Assembly (NCBI GenBank): GCA_964639295.1
Contig: CAZXDT010000002.1
Location: 2,609 to 66,608, forward strand
DNA: 64,000 nt
Reading direction: 5' to 3'
Source: an uncultured Candidatus Saccharibacteria bacterium
GTDB lineage: Bacteria > Patescibacteriota > Saccharimonadia > Saccharimonadales > JALRHH01
Below the pieces are notes generated by a model that had not been told where the DNA came from, made no database searches, and saw only the letters and a program-made list of their open reading frames with translations. This document shows, one piece after another, positions 1 to 9,871 of the stretch. How positions within the stretch are numbered: position 1 is the first letter of the stretch; each line of letters starts with the position of its first letter. Both the position numbers and the translations under genes were made by a program.

Positions 1-2
1 AG

Positions 3-584
3 GGTCAAGTCCTGATACTCAATGGTGACGAGGCGGAATACGTTTACCACTTAGAGACGGGAAGCGTTAAGCAATACGATGTTACGTATCGAGGTGATGA
101 GATCATCCTAAATATCTTCAAGCCACCTGCTTTTTTCCCTATGTCGCTCGTAATCAATAAAATGACGAGCCCTTATATATATGAAACAGACTCCGAAGTT
201 GAGCTACGACAGGCGCCAGCAGGTGACGTTGTGGCGTTTCTACATGCCAACCCTGATGTGGTATACAACTTGCTGAGTCGTGTATACCGTGGGACCGATG
301 GATTACTTGGCCGCATGACATACCTTATGGCAAGTAGCGCAAAGAGTCGTTTGATATATGAACTCATCATAGAAGCTCGGAGGTTTGGAAAACCCGAGGA
401 AGACGGCAGTTGTATGCTGTCAGTTAGTGAGAAGGACCTCGGAGCCAGAGCTGGATTGAGCCGTGAAACCGTTAGTAGAGAAATCGCGAAACTTAAATCG
501 GGAAATCTCGTAAAGTTGCAGGGGAAAAATATTCAAATTACAGATATGCCTGCATTAGAGAAAAAGCTCGGCCAAGAAGTCTAG
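3..584 (+). CDS. Crp/Fnr family transcriptional regulator (5' end cut by window edge)
   Basis: The frame is open from base 3. The upstream part reads GQVLILNGDEAEYVYHLETGSVKQYDVTYRGDEIILNIF, consistent with a cNMP-binding barrel. The C-terminal HTH reads RAGLSRETVSREIAKLKSGNLV. Confidence 0.85.
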   Translation, partial: GQVLILNGDEAEYVYHLETGSVKQYDVTYRGDEIILNIFKPPAFFPMSLVINKMTSPYIYETDSEVELRQAPAGDVVAFLHANPDVVYNLLSRVYRGTDGLLGRMTYLMASSAKSRLIYELIIEARRFGKPEEDGSCMLSVSEKDLGARAGLSRETVSREIAKLKSGNLVKLQGKNIQITDMPALEKKLGQEV

Positions 585-681
585 CCAATAATTGACTGTG
601 AGCACTATCACATATCCGTTTTGACGCGCATCAACACATGTTCTAGATACTAGTGATTAAATAGGGGTAGAAGGAGCACGT

Positions 682-1197
682 ATGTATGCACTACCTAAAT
701 CAAACTATTTAAAGCGAAGTTTACTCGTAAACGCCCGGGGTCAGGTGTACGACGTAAACCCTACCCTGCTTACCCATAGCCAACGGATCAAGAATGATCT
801 CCACCGGCTTGGGGTTAGCCCATACGCAATGTGGCGATCCGAGAGCAGATTCCTACCTCACATTATTCGTCCTGACGAACAGTTAGGAGGAATCGTGTAC
901 GGACACTGTAAAGAAGGCTTTGCTATGCTGATCGCTACTGATCGGAGAGTTGTGTTCTTAGACAAAAAGCCATTATTCATAAATCAAGACGAGTTCAATT
1001 ACTTTGCAATCACCGGTGTCACATTTAGCCAAGCAGGACCAGGCTGCAAAGTAACACTCCATACACGTATCAAGGACTACGAACTACAGACATTTAACGA
1101 AGTTTGTGCGAGAAACTTTGTACAATACATAGAGTCTCAGTGTCTGGATTATCAAGGAGAGACTATCCCGACCAGGCAAACTGCAGTGCGTACCTGA
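682..1197 (+). CDS. Bacterial PH-like (YokE/bPH-type) domain protein, function unknown
   Basis: AAGGAG lies upstream of the ATG. The 171-aa product has a core GGIVYGHCKEGFAMLIATDRRVVFLDKKP that resembles bacterial pleckstrin-homology-like domains. Confidence 0.6.
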   Translation: MYALPKSNYLKRSLLVNARGQVYDVNPTLLTHSQRIKNDLHRLGVSPYAMWRSESRFLPHIIRPDEQLGGIVYGHCKEGFAMLIATDRRVVFLDKKPLFINQDEFNYFAITGVTFSQAGPGCKVTLHTRIKDYELQTFNEVCARNFVQYIESQCLDYQGETIPTRQTAVRT

Positions 1198-1226
1198 CAT
1201 CAGTAACAATAAATAAGGAAGTATGT

Positions 1227-2024
1227 ATGAAAATCCGACAAATAAGTAAGTTGCTGGATCTATCCGGTAGTTCAGCCATTGTTACAGGTGGTGCCAAAGG
1301 TATAGGTTACGGTATCAGCTACCGTTTGGCTGAGGCAGGTGCATCCGTTATTATCGCTGATATTGATATTACAACCGCAGACAAAACGGCTAAGGAGTTC
1401 CAGTCAAATGGCTGGATAGCGGAGGCTCTGGAAGTTGATGTATCTAATGAGCAAAGCATCAAAACCATGATTGAAACATGCCAGCAAAAGTTTGGATCAG
1501 TTGATATTTTGGTTAACAATGCAGGTATCTATCCACCCTCACCAATTAGTGCGATGAGTGGAGAGCAGTTTGAGCGTGTCATCAATGTCAATCTACGCAG
1601 TGTGTTCCTGGCAACGAAATATGCCGCAGAAGTTATGAAGAAACAGATTGGCGGAAAAATTATTAATATCACCTCCATTGACGCGTTACATCCGTCTATG
1701 GTGGGGCTGGCACATTATGATGCTTCAAAGCATGGACTCTGGGGTTTTACTAAGAACTCTGCCCTAGAGCTAGCTGAACACCACATCTGGGTAAACGCCG
1801 TGGCGCCTGGAGGCGTTACAACGCCCGGGGTTGCTGCCATGAGCGCGGGCGCATCGGCCGAACAAATGGAGGCTGCACAGGCAACATTTAAAGCAAAAAT
1901 TCCGATGCACCGTATGGGCGAACCTGATGAGATTGGTAAAGCGGTCTTGTTCTTAGCCTCTGATATGGCTTCTTATATGACCGGCGCCCAGATTGTAGTA
2001 GACGGCGGCGCCTTACTTAACTAA
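1227..2024 (+). CDS. SDR family oxidoreductase (FabG-like)
   Basis: Motifs TGGAKGIGYG, NNAG and YDASK are present. I chose the ATG at 1227, preceded by AAGGAA, rather than the ORF-track start at 1104, which overlaps the previous gene. Confidence 0.9.
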   Translation: MKIRQISKLLDLSGSSAIVTGGAKGIGYGISYRLAEAGASVIIADIDITTADKTAKEFQSNGWIAEALEVDVSNEQSIKTMIETCQQKFGSVDILVNNAGIYPPSPISAMSGEQFERVINVNLRSVFLATKYAAEVMKKQIGGKIINITSIDALHPSMVGLAHYDASKHGLWGFTKNSALELAEHHIWVNAVAPGGVTTPGVAAMSAGASAEQMEAAQATFKAKIPMHRMGEPDEIGKAVLFLASDMASYMTGAQIVVDGGALLN

Positions 2025-2589
2025 ACGGTAAAACGCCCCTTTTCAGGAGTTTTGATAGACGGATAAGTTCTTCAATGAGATCGTCTGCTCGTTCCATAAT
2101 TTTTGGGTTCATGAGTACCAGTTTCCCGTCTTTTTCAACGTAGTCCTCGTCGGTAGTCCCTATTTGGCCCTGTGTTGAGTAGCCACCTAACGAGCGTACG
2201 ATCGGACGGAGATTATCGCATGGTATAACGCAGCTTCTGGCATTACTACTATGACTAACCATACCCACTGGCTTGTGGTGAAAAGCTTGTGGCGGAAGAT
2301 TATCAAGCGCATTCTTTAGTACACCTGAATATGACCCATGGTACAATGGCGAGCCTAGAATAAAGCCATCAACACCTTCAATGGCTTGGTTGAATTGTTT
2401 CACGGCACTGCTTGGGTTCCTAGCGGTTTGGTTGTGGTATTCAGGGATAGCAATTGGCAACGGGTTATCTCCCATATCCCACCAGACGGTTTCAACACCC
2501 CGTGCAGATAACAGCTGGTCAAGATACTTCAACATAGTACGAGTACATGATTTCTCACCTACACTACCACTGAGTATTAACACCTTCAT
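2017..2589 (-). CDS. NAD(P)H-dependent FMN reductase family protein
   Basis: The N-terminus MKVLILSGSVGEKSCTRTML and the flavodoxin-like length of 190 aa fit this family. It overlaps the convergent SDR gene by 8 nt. Confidence 0.8.
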   Translation of the reverse strand: MKVLILSGSVGEKSCTRTMLKYLDQLLSARGVETVWWDMGDNPLPIAIPEYHNQTARNPSSAVKQFNQAIEGVDGFILGSPLYHGSYSGVLKNALDNLPPQAFHHKPVGMVSHSSNARSCVIPCDNLRPIVRSLGGYSTQGQIGTTDEDYVEKDGKLVLMNPKIMERADDLIEELIRLSKLLKRGVLPFS

Positions 2590-2668
2590 CCTTTAATGGT
2601 AGCATGCATTGATTAACTCAAATCAAACTATGTAGAATTTTCTAACACTACTCTGCTATTGTTAATCC

Positions 2669-3214
2669 ATGGATGAACTTGCAGACGTTATTGGTAACTA
2701 CATACATTTTTTGGACGATATTTTAAGCCGAGTTGAAGCACAAGGCTTCGATACGGGTGACTTCAGCCAGATAGACCACATGTGCTACCGTACAACCTCC
2801 ATGGAGAATTACCTCCAGAAGAAAGACGAGCTAGCTTCTGTGGCAACATTATTGGGTGAAACTACAGTTAACCATCGGCCAATATCCACATTCCGTTTAC
2901 ATAAGCCTGTCATTCATGGTCAATGGCGAATAGATGCCATAGAACTACCCGCTCCAAAAGCTGGTAAAGATCTGCCGGAAGGGTTAGAGCACATTGAGTT
3001 TGTGCTATTTGACGACATCCCAACGTTTCTAAACAAATACGAAGGTAAGCCGTTCCAGTTGCAAGCTGCCGACCGTGGGATAAACCCTGAAGTTGGACTC
3101 AAACTAAACGAATATACAGTAAAGTTCCATTTACTGAACCTGCCGACCGTCGTGTACCTAGAGCATAAACTCGGCGTAACAGAAGTAAGCGATGAGCAAA
3201 AAAGCGTACTGTAA
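2669..3214 (+). CDS. VOC superfamily / YecM-like protein
   Basis: The 181-aa product has IDHMCYRT and LEHIEFVL segments typical of YecM-type VOC folds. The family call is from memory only. Confidence 0.6.
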   Translation: MDELADVIGNYIHFLDDILSRVEAQGFDTGDFSQIDHMCYRTTSMENYLQKKDELASVATLLGETTVNHRPISTFRLHKPVIHGQWRIDAIELPAPKAGKDLPEGLEHIEFVLFDDIPTFLNKYEGKPFQLQAADRGINPEVGLKLNEYTVKFHLLNLPTVVYLEHKLGVTEVSDEQKSVL

Positions 3215-3247
3215 GTAATGCGTAAAAACTTACTCTCAGAAGGATAC

Positions 3248-3991
3248 CTAGTTGGCGTCGCGCCGGGAGAATAGTACTGCGCTGACCGCAAGACCCACTA
3301 TAACGTATGCCATAACAACAATAATATTATGTTGCAAACTAGCAGCATTCGTTACTGTGCCTGCAGGCGTGATAAGTTGTAAGCTCATGAAAGGCATATA
3401 GTGAACTGTGCTTTTAAAAATATTGGCCAGAATATTCTCGCCAATAAGAGGAATCATAAGGTAGGTAACTATAGCTCCTACTTGGCTTCTAATAATTGCA
3501 ACGAGAATGAACGCAAACATTGCGTAGCCCCAGCCGACGAACATACAGTGCCACAGCACTTGCCAGACATCAAAGACCTGTGGACCGAGTGTGTTCCCGG
3601 CCAAATGTATACCAATAATTGAGCAAAGTGGGGAGAAGAATGCGAATAATATGCTTGTGACTAGGGCGAACATAGATACTACTAGGACTTTTGCGAGTAG
3701 GCTCTTGAGTCGGCTGTTGCTCGATGTAAGTGTGTACATAATGCTGTTGTAGCGATATTCATGTCCAAAGAGCAGCAACCCTGCAAGTGCAGAGATAAGC
3801 CCAACAAAAGTAATCGCAGAATATGATTCACGTGTTAGCCAATTTGGATCGTGCAAGCCTTCGACTGCCGCCCTATATCCGTCGCCATAGCCAGCAAACA
3901 GTACAATAATTGCTAGGCAGATAAGAAATATAAAGTAGGTTGAGCGTACTGTCAGCAACTTACGAAACTCTGACTTTAAGGTATTTATCAT
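3248..3991 (-). CDS. ABC-2 type transporter permease
   Basis: Six hydrophobic segments are present. The gene overlaps the upstream ATPase gene by 4 nt, indicating translational coupling. Confidence 0.8.
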   Translation of the reverse strand: MINTLKSEFRKLLTVRSTYFIFLICLAIIVLFAGYGDGYRAAVEGLHDPNWLTRESYSAITFVGLISALAGLLLFGHEYRYNSIMYTLTSSNSRLKSLLAKVLVVSMFALVTSILFAFFSPLCSIIGIHLAGNTLGPQVFDVWQVLWHCMFVGWGYAMFAFILVAIIRSQVGAIVTYLMIPLIGENILANIFKSTVHYMPFMSLQLITPAGTVTNAASLQHNIIVVMAYVIVGLAVSAVLFSRRDAN

Positions 3992-4899
3992 TTAGTTGCC
4001 TTATTCTTTCCTACATATTCACCAGCATTTGCTGTTAGTTCCAAGAAGACATCCTCTAATGAATCACGCTGCGGTGACAGTTCATAGATTGGCACATTAT
4101 GCTCAAAGGATAGTTTACCGATTTCGTCGCTAGTGAGGCCCGTGACGTTTAATCCCCCTGCCTTTTTACGGGTGGTGACTTTGGCTGCTTTTAATAACTT
4201 CTCTAGTTGAGATATCTTAGGTGAACGAACATTGACGCTTGCATTCGCATTGTCCGCTAGTAACTTCGAAATAGACGTGTCAGCTATCAATTTACCCCGA
4301 CCAATAACAACGACGTTATCCGCCATTTGTGACATCTCACTAAGCAAGTGAGAGGACACAAATACTGCATTGCCTTCGTCGGCATATTTCTTGAGGAAAT
4401 CACGTAACCATGCGATCCCTTCTGGATCTAGACCGTTGGCAGGCTCATCAAGTAGCAAGTATTTCGGCTGTCCGAGTATGGCTGCAGCAATACCGAGACG
4501 CTGACTCATTCCGAGCGAGAATTTACCGGGGCCTTTCTTCTCTACGTCTTCTAGGCCAACGATGTTCAGTACTTCATTAACGCGACTCATGGGGATACCA
4601 CCAGCGGCAGCGAGGATACTTAGGTGTTGTCTGGCCGAGCGAGTCGGGTGGAAGGATTTAGCTTCAAGTAATATACCCACGACTTTAGATGGCTGACTAT
4701 ACGCATGGAGAGGCTTACCATCAAAAGTCGTATGACCATCACCAGCATCCAGCCCAAGCATCAAGCGCATAGTCGTAGATTTACCGGCGCCGTTAGGGCC
4801 AAGAAAGCCAGTAACCTTGCCCGTTTCTACAGTAAAAGAGATGTCATCGACTGCAAGTTTCTTGCGGTATTTCTTAGTCAGATTCTGGGCTTGGATCAT
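3988..4899 (-). CDS. ABC transporter ATP-binding protein
   Basis: Walker A GPNGAGKST, signature FSLGMSQRL and Walker B LLLDEP are present. Confidence 0.92.
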   Translation of the reverse strand: MIQAQNLTKKYRKKLAVDDISFTVETGKVTGFLGPNGAGKSTTMRLMLGLDAGDGHTTFDGKPLHAYSQPSKVVGILLEAKSFHPTRSARQHLSILAAAGGIPMSRVNEVLNIVGLEDVEKKGPGKFSLGMSQRLGIAAAILGQPKYLLLDEPANGLDPEGIAWLRDFLKKYADEGNAVFVSSHLLSEMSQMADNVVVIGRGKLIADTSISKLLADNANASVNVRSPKISQLEKLLKAAKVTTRKKAGGLNVTGLTSDEIGKLSFEHNVPIYELSPQRDSLEDVFLELTANAGEYVGKNKATK

Positions 4900-4936
4900 T
4901 CACCCCAGTATACCGTACCGTATGGTGCTGTGCTAG

Positions 4937-5578
4937 TTATTGCTTCTGTAGCCAGCGATACAAATGAGCTGTAGCAACAGTGGTCCAAACGCTGCTAAAA
5001 GCAATTGCCCCGGCGCCAATATATGGTATTGAACCGATGATAGCCATGAGGACAGAAACCAGCACCATAACACCGATAACACCCCAAACAATACGTTTGT
5101 GGTCCTGTGTAAGGCGCTTGCTTTCCTTGAGAGCCTTGACTGGGGTCATACCCTTCTCTGCCACAGGGAAAACGACAACCGCAAACCACGCTGCCGTCCA
5201 AATAACCGGCACAATGAGAGCAAGTGCTGACAATAGAATGGCGATACTTGCGAGTAGCGATGTTGCAAGCAGCATGACTAATTTTCTAAAGTCGATCTGC
5301 ATGAACTCTGACACACTCAACTTCTTTTTATCAGCAGCAGCCAGAGCATAGGTAGTTACTGGCAGAACAAACAGTATAAACAGCGCATCTGCATAGGATA
5401 CGTAGCCCTTCTCCCCATAACTTGACTTGCCCTGAATGGACAAGCTAATGATTGATAGAACAGTGTACACCCCAACAAACAGCAATACGGGACGCAAATT
5501 AGCCGTTATTTGTTTAAACGATGTGTCAAAGACCGCGAATGCGCCGGGCCATTCTTTAGATGCTGCTTTGCCTGCCAT
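4937..5578 (-). CDS. Polytopic membrane protein, unknown function
   Basis: The 213-aa product has about five hydrophobic helices and sits upstream of the ABC pair on the same strand. Confidence 0.65.
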   Translation of the reverse strand: MAGKAASKEWPGAFAVFDTSFKQITANLRPVLLFVGVYTVLSIISLSIQGKSSYGEKGYVSYADALFILFVLPVTTYALAAADKKKLSVSEFMQIDFRKLVMLLATSLLASIAILLSALALIVPVIWTAAWFAVVVFPVAEKGMTPVKALKESKRLTQDHKRIVWGVIGVMVLVSVLMAIIGSIPYIGAGAIAFSSVWTTVATAHLYRWLQKQ

Positions 5579-5635
5579 GATATCTCCTTAGTTTAGTAGC
5601 ATAATACGCCACCACAGTGCAGTTACAAAGAGGTA

Positions 5636-6619
5636 TTAGGCAGTTGCGAGGATATCAAGCAATTTATCGGAACTGTCAGCAGCCATTAGGTGCTCACGGA
5701 GCTCTTTGGCGCCATCGAAGCCGTTAATGTAGATTTTGCAGAACTTATTCAGTACATGGATGGGGCGTTCGTTATTTTGCCACGTTGTCGCAAAAAGCGT
5801 CACATGCTTACGATACATTTCAATTCGCTCTTCCCTAGTTAACAGTTCCCATTGCGACTCTTTTGCAAAAATAAACGGATCGTGGAAAATACCACGGCCA
5901 ACCATAATGCCATCAAGACCGTACTGCTCCGCCAGCTCAAGTCCTTGTGCACGTGACTCTACGTCACCGTTACCAACGATCAATGTGTCGGGTGCTAGTT
6001 TGTCGCGGAGCTCGCGGACCTTACCAATTTCATCCCAGTGTGCGGGGACCTTACTCATTTCCTTTTTAGTACGACCATGTACTGTCAGCATATCGAGATT
6101 GTGATCGAGTAAGAATTCAGCCCACGTATGGTCGATTTCGCTCCAGCCAAGTCGTGTTTTAACGCTCACGGGGAGTTTCCCTGCTGCGCCTTCCTGAGTA
6201 GCCTTGATAATCTCACTAGCGAGTGGCCTGTTCTGCATAAGTGCGCTACAAGTACCGTTTTTGACCTCTGATTTAGCCGGACAACCCATATTGAGATCAA
6301 TCCCGACGAAGTTCACGCCTTCTGGCAGGCCAAGTTCACGGGCAAAAGTACCGTCGACGATCTGCTCGGCTGTTTTCCGGAAGTTCTCTGGGTTACTGCC
6401 CCATATCTGGGCAACTAATAAAGTCTCTGATGGAACAAACTGCAGTTTCTTGAGCAATTTAGTCCGTCCGGGACTCTGTAGCCCGTCAACATTTACGAAT
6501 TCTGTGAAATACAAATCAGGTGCAGCGGTTTGCTGCACTATTTGACGGAACACCGTGTCCGTAACATCGTCCATCGGCGCCAATACAAAAAATGGCTTTG
6601 GTAATTCTCTAAAATTCAT
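5636..6619 (-). CDS. dus: tRNA-dihydrouridine synthase
   Basis: FFVLAPMDDVTDTVFRQIV and NMGCPAK (catalytic Cys region) are typical of the Dus family. Confidence 0.9.
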   Translation of the reverse strand: MNFRELPKPFFVLAPMDDVTDTVFRQIVQQTAAPDLYFTEFVNVDGLQSPGRTKLLKKLQFVPSETLLVAQIWGSNPENFRKTAEQIVDGTFARELGLPEGVNFVGIDLNMGCPAKSEVKNGTCSALMQNRPLASEIIKATQEGAAGKLPVSVKTRLGWSEIDHTWAEFLLDHNLDMLTVHGRTKKEMSKVPAHWDEIGKVRELRDKLAPDTLIVGNGDVESRAQGLELAEQYGLDGIMVGRGIFHDPFIFAKESQWELLTREERIEMYRKHVTLFATTWQNNERPIHVLNKFCKIYINGFDGAKELREHLMAADSSDKLLDILATA

Positions 6620-6635
6620 CTTGGATTATTATACG

Positions 6636-7094
6636 TTACTTTATGGGGTGTTTCTCTTCCCATGCACGAATCATTGCCATTTGTTCCGTAACTGGCAAGT
6701 CAATGATTCTACTCAAAAAGCCCGTATAGGATGCCCTGCGGGCTATATCTCTTACTTCAGCTTTAGCCCGTAACCCTTTCTCACTCAGGGGAGCCGCTGG
6801 TTCTTGGTTCTGTGCCTCATCTTTCATGATCTGAAGGCTAATGTCAGTTCCTGAAGGAGTTCCCCGTTCAATTCGACTAGAAGCAACTCTCCGGCGTCTA
6901 TGAGCAGGAACAGTATGACCAGCCTTCACTCCCGCGGCAATAGTATCGTTATCTAGGCTTGATTTCCCTGTAGAGAGTCCAGAGATAATATCAGCTTCTG
7001 TTTGATCTATGACACCTTGGTCGAGCATTACCTCTAGACGCCGCTCTTCGTGCGGGTCTAGTTGTGGTGCTTCTGATGTCATGTTTTCTGGCAT
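6636..7094 (-). CDS. Hypothetical protein
   Basis: This 152-aa ORF has no recognisable motif. It is tightly packed between dus and the ABC-2 permease gene on the same strand. Confidence 0.55.
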   Translation of the reverse strand: MPENMTSEAPQLDPHEERRLEVMLDQGVIDQTEADIISGLSTGKSSLDNDTIAAGVKAGHTVPAHRRRRVASSRIERGTPSGTDISLQIMKDEAQNQEPAAPLSEKGLRAKAEVRDIARRASYTGFLSRIIDLPVTEQMAMIRAWEEKHPIK

Positions 7095-7135
7095 AACACA
7101 TATACTATACCACGCTTATGCTAATTTAGCAATAC

Positions 7136-8266
7136 CTATTCCCAACGGAAGACACGGAAGGCTATGGCGTAGATAACGATCATCCAAACAGCCATAAAAC
7201 CAAGCTGTGCACCAATATCAATCAGATGCTTGCCCTCGGTAGTGAGCAAACGTATGCCATCAATCACAGGCGTCAGTGGCAAGAAGGCAGATACATGCTG
7301 CAGCCACTCTGGCATCAAAAAGCGTGGGAAGAAGGTTCCAGACAAGAACATCATTGGGAAGACAATTAGGTTAGCCAGTGGTGCAGCCTGTCGTTCATTG
7401 CTCGCCCAACCACCAATTGAAAGTCCAATGCCTAAGATCATGAAGATACCCAGCACTATGAAGGCAATTATCTCTAAATAATTCCCTGTCACATGAAGGT
7501 CAAAAGCGGCTATGGCTACCAAAAACATTATCGCCAATGAGAACACACCGATAATTGCCTGCGCCAACATGGTAGACAAGAAATACTGCCAAACCCGGAT
7601 TGGCGTAGTGTGTAAACGACGCAAAATACCTTGTTTTTTGAGTTCCGGGAAGACGTTGATTGGGCCAAAAATACCCAAACCAATAATCGAGAAGCCTAAA
7701 AGCCCAGAGAATGTGTAGTCAAAGTTGCTGAGGCTATTCTCGTTCAGAGATTTGCCCTGAACAGTTAATGGTACTTCGGTACTGACGTACTTACTGTTGA
7801 TGCCCTTGAACGTACCATCGAGCACAGTAGTCAGGGTCTGGCCGGCAGATTCGTTGTTCTTGGTATAGAAAACTTCTGCAGCACCAGTAGGCTTGCTATC
7901 CTTTACGTCACCAAAGCCGGCTGGCAATACAATCGCACCGTCTAGTTGGTTGCGGCCTAATTTTTCCTTGGCTTGTTCAAAGGTAGTTACATCTTTGGCT
8001 ACTTTGAATGTCTTGCTGTCTTTGAACTGGGTTGTAAGTTCACCCGCAAACTGGCTTTGAGACTGGTTGATAACGGCAACGTTGAATGATAGGTCGTTAC
8101 TGCCTTTGTTGAAGTTACCAAAGACAAATAGGAAGATTAGGGGGAATAACACACCAAAAAAGATAGCTAAGCGATCACGGAAAAAGCGCCGAGTGGTAAG
8201 CTTGACGAATACGCGGACAGTGTAGAGTTGCTGTTTGAGAGTAAGTGAAGATTTGCTCATGACCAT
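7136..8266 (-). CDS. ABC-2 type transporter permease with large extracytoplasmic loop
   Basis: An N-terminal TM helix is followed by a ~150-aa loop and then five C-terminal TM helices, a typical ABC2_membrane_3 architecture. Its partner ATPase gene lies upstream. Confidence 0.85.
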   Translation of the reverse strand: MVMSKSSLTLKQQLYTVRVFVKLTTRRFFRDRLAIFFGVLFPLIFLFVFGNFNKGSNDLSFNVAVINQSQSQFAGELTTQFKDSKTFKVAKDVTTFEQAKEKLGRNQLDGAIVLPAGFGDVKDSKPTGAAEVFYTKNNESAGQTLTTVLDGTFKGINSKYVSTEVPLTVQGKSLNENSLSNFDYTFSGLLGFSIIGLGIFGPINVFPELKKQGILRRLHTTPIRVWQYFLSTMLAQAIIGVFSLAIMFLVAIAAFDLHVTGNYLEIIAFIVLGIFMILGIGLSIGGWASNERQAAPLANLIVFPMMFLSGTFFPRFLMPEWLQHVSAFLPLTPVIDGIRLLTTEGKHLIDIGAQLGFMAVWMIVIYAIAFRVFRWE

Positions 8267-8294
8267 GACCTTTCAGATTTTAGTGCAGATTGTT

Positions 8295-8356
8295 CAAGAA
8301 TTGAGCATCGAAGCGCAGCGTACTTAGGTACGTGAGCATCGAAGCACAAATTATTG
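8295..8356 (+). repeat. Module-1-only diverged copy (C) of the structured element
   Basis: The outer stem is caagaatt / aattattg and the apical hairpin is gcgtac-ttag-gtacgt. The 5' arm matches copy B at 16 of 23 positions. An internal direct repeat gagcatcgaagc occurs twice. The copy lies between the ABC ATPase and permease genes. Confidence 0.6.
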
Positions 8357-8385
8357 GGCGATATGTGCAAAATGTGAGATGTCAT

Positions 8386-9144
8386 TTAGTCCTTTAGTGC
8401 CTTTCCGGTGAGGTCAATAAAGACATCCTCCAGATTTGCTTGTTCAACATGTTGCTCTTTCTTGAACCCTCGGGCTAGAAGGTCCTTTATGAGCTTCTTG
8501 GGGGTCTCTAGCGCGACGATCTTGCCACGATCCATCACAGCAATACGGTCGCAGAGCATCTCGGCCTCATCCATGTAGTGTGTGGTTAGAATGACTGTAA
8601 CCCCCTTCTTCTGGATGTCACGAATGAGATCCCAGAGGTTACGACGAGCCTGAGGATCAAGACCAGTAGTTGGCTCATCCAGGAAGAAAACCTTAGGGTT
8701 GTGGACTAATGCCGTTGCGATGCTTAAACGCTGACGCTGGCCCCCAGAGAGGTTTTCTGGGTAGGCGTCTGCTTTCTCGCCTAGATTAACGTCGTCCAGG
8801 AATGCTTTCGGATTTACTCGTTCACCGTAGGTTGCAGAGAACATTTCGATGATTTCTGTCAGTTTTTGCTTATCCTGAAAGGCTGGTGACTGCGGCTGGA
8901 CACCAATGATACGACGAATCGCCCATGGGTCTTCGTGGACATTAATACCATCAATTATTGCGGTACCACCGTCGATTGGTCGCATACCCTCGATCATTTC
9001 AAGTGTAGTCGTCTTGCCTGCGCCATTAGGGCCCAGAATTCCAAATACCTCACCTTTTTTGACCTCGAATGATATACCATCAACAACATTGCGGTCGCCA
9101 TATGTTTTTACTAAATTGTGTACTTTGAGAATTGTTTCTGCCAT
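8386..9144 (-). CDS. ABC transporter ATP-binding protein
   Basis: Walker A GPNGAGKTT, signature LSGGQRQRL and Walker B FFLDEP are present. Confidence 0.92.
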   Translation of the reverse strand: MAETILKVHNLVKTYGDRNVVDGISFEVKKGEVFGILGPNGAGKTTTLEMIEGMRPIDGGTAIIDGINVHEDPWAIRRIIGVQPQSPAFQDKQKLTEIIEMFSATYGERVNPKAFLDDVNLGEKADAYPENLSGGQRQRLSIATALVHNPKVFFLDEPTTGLDPQARRNLWDLIRDIQKKGVTVILTTHYMDEAEMLCDRIAVMDRGKIVALETPKKLIKDLLARGFKKEQHVEQANLEDVFIDLTGKALKD

Positions 9145-9173
9145 CTATCCACGGTACCAGGCAACAGAGTGAA

Positions 9174-9794
9174 TTACAACCAGCGACTGGTTGCTTTGTG
9201 CCGATGATACGTGATGTATGCCATTGCTGCCGTGAGCGTAATACCGTAAAAGAACCAAACGAATCGATACCATCCAGGCAATAGTGAACAACCCAGCTGA
9301 TACGCATGCACAAGAATCAGGTACATAGCTACATCACTTGCCCGTTCAACCCAATGCCACCAGGTTTTGTCGCGATAAAATCGGTGCAGCTCAAAGGCCA
9401 AGAAGGCTAACCAAGCGACTTCCGCAATAATCACATACAACCTGAAGTCAGGTGCCACATAGTTAACTGGTAGTCCTACTCCATCGCGCCAGAGCTGCCA
9501 CGTAAGTAACCCGGGATGGAATAATATTGCTACTAGTACAATAGCCGCGGTTACCGTGAAGTAGTGCGTGACGTGCTTACGGTCAATACCGTAGTACAGT
9601 CGCCCAGCACCTACAATGTAGTGACACCACATAAGACTAAATGCTACTAGTCCAAAGACGGGGAAAATATCATAGATCGCCATCCTATCAAAGGGTACCA
9701 CTAAGCACTGCACCCAAGTCACAACGGCAAGTGTTACGGTGAGGGTACTCAGGCCCCAGGCGGCAGGCAGAAAATACTTTTTCATTGCCCTCAT
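9174..9794 (-). CDS. Polytopic membrane protein with conserved His in TM helices (possibly ferric-reductase/MsrQ-like)
   Basis: There are about six TM segments. I chose the start at MRAMKKYF (ATG 9794), preceded by GAGAAGGGTG. The functional call is weak. Confidence 0.6.
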   Translation of the reverse strand: MRAMKKYFLPAAWGLSTLTVTLAVVTWVQCLVVPFDRMAIYDIFPVFGLVAFSLMWCHYIVGAGRLYYGIDRKHVTHYFTVTAAIVLVAILFHPGLLTWQLWRDGVGLPVNYVAPDFRLYVIIAEVAWLAFLAFELHRFYRDKTWWHWVERASDVAMYLILVHAYQLGCSLLPGWYRFVWFFYGITLTAAMAYITYHRHKATSRWL

Positions 9795-9814
9795 GATACA
9801 CCCTTCTCCGGACA

Positions 9815-9845
9815 GCAAAACACCCCGGCTATAAAACCGGGGTGT
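9815..9845 (-). terminator. Stem-loop terminator after the 65-aa gene
   Basis: A 9-bp GC-rich stem (acaccccgg / ccggggtgt) is followed on the minus strand by TTTTG. Confidence 0.6.
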
Positions 9846-9871
9846 ACTCGCAAATTTGTTCCGAAGAACTA

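Noticed and set aside
1104-1226. N-terminal extensions implied by the longest-ORF starts: 1104, 12946, 13019 (minus), 16852 (minus), 16199 (minus), 18315 (minus), 20006 (minus), 40041 and 46287 (minus).
   Set aside because: The extensions overlap neighbouring genes, lack an RBS and add non-homologous residues ahead of canonical N-termini. Internal ATGs with good spacing or an SD were preferred.
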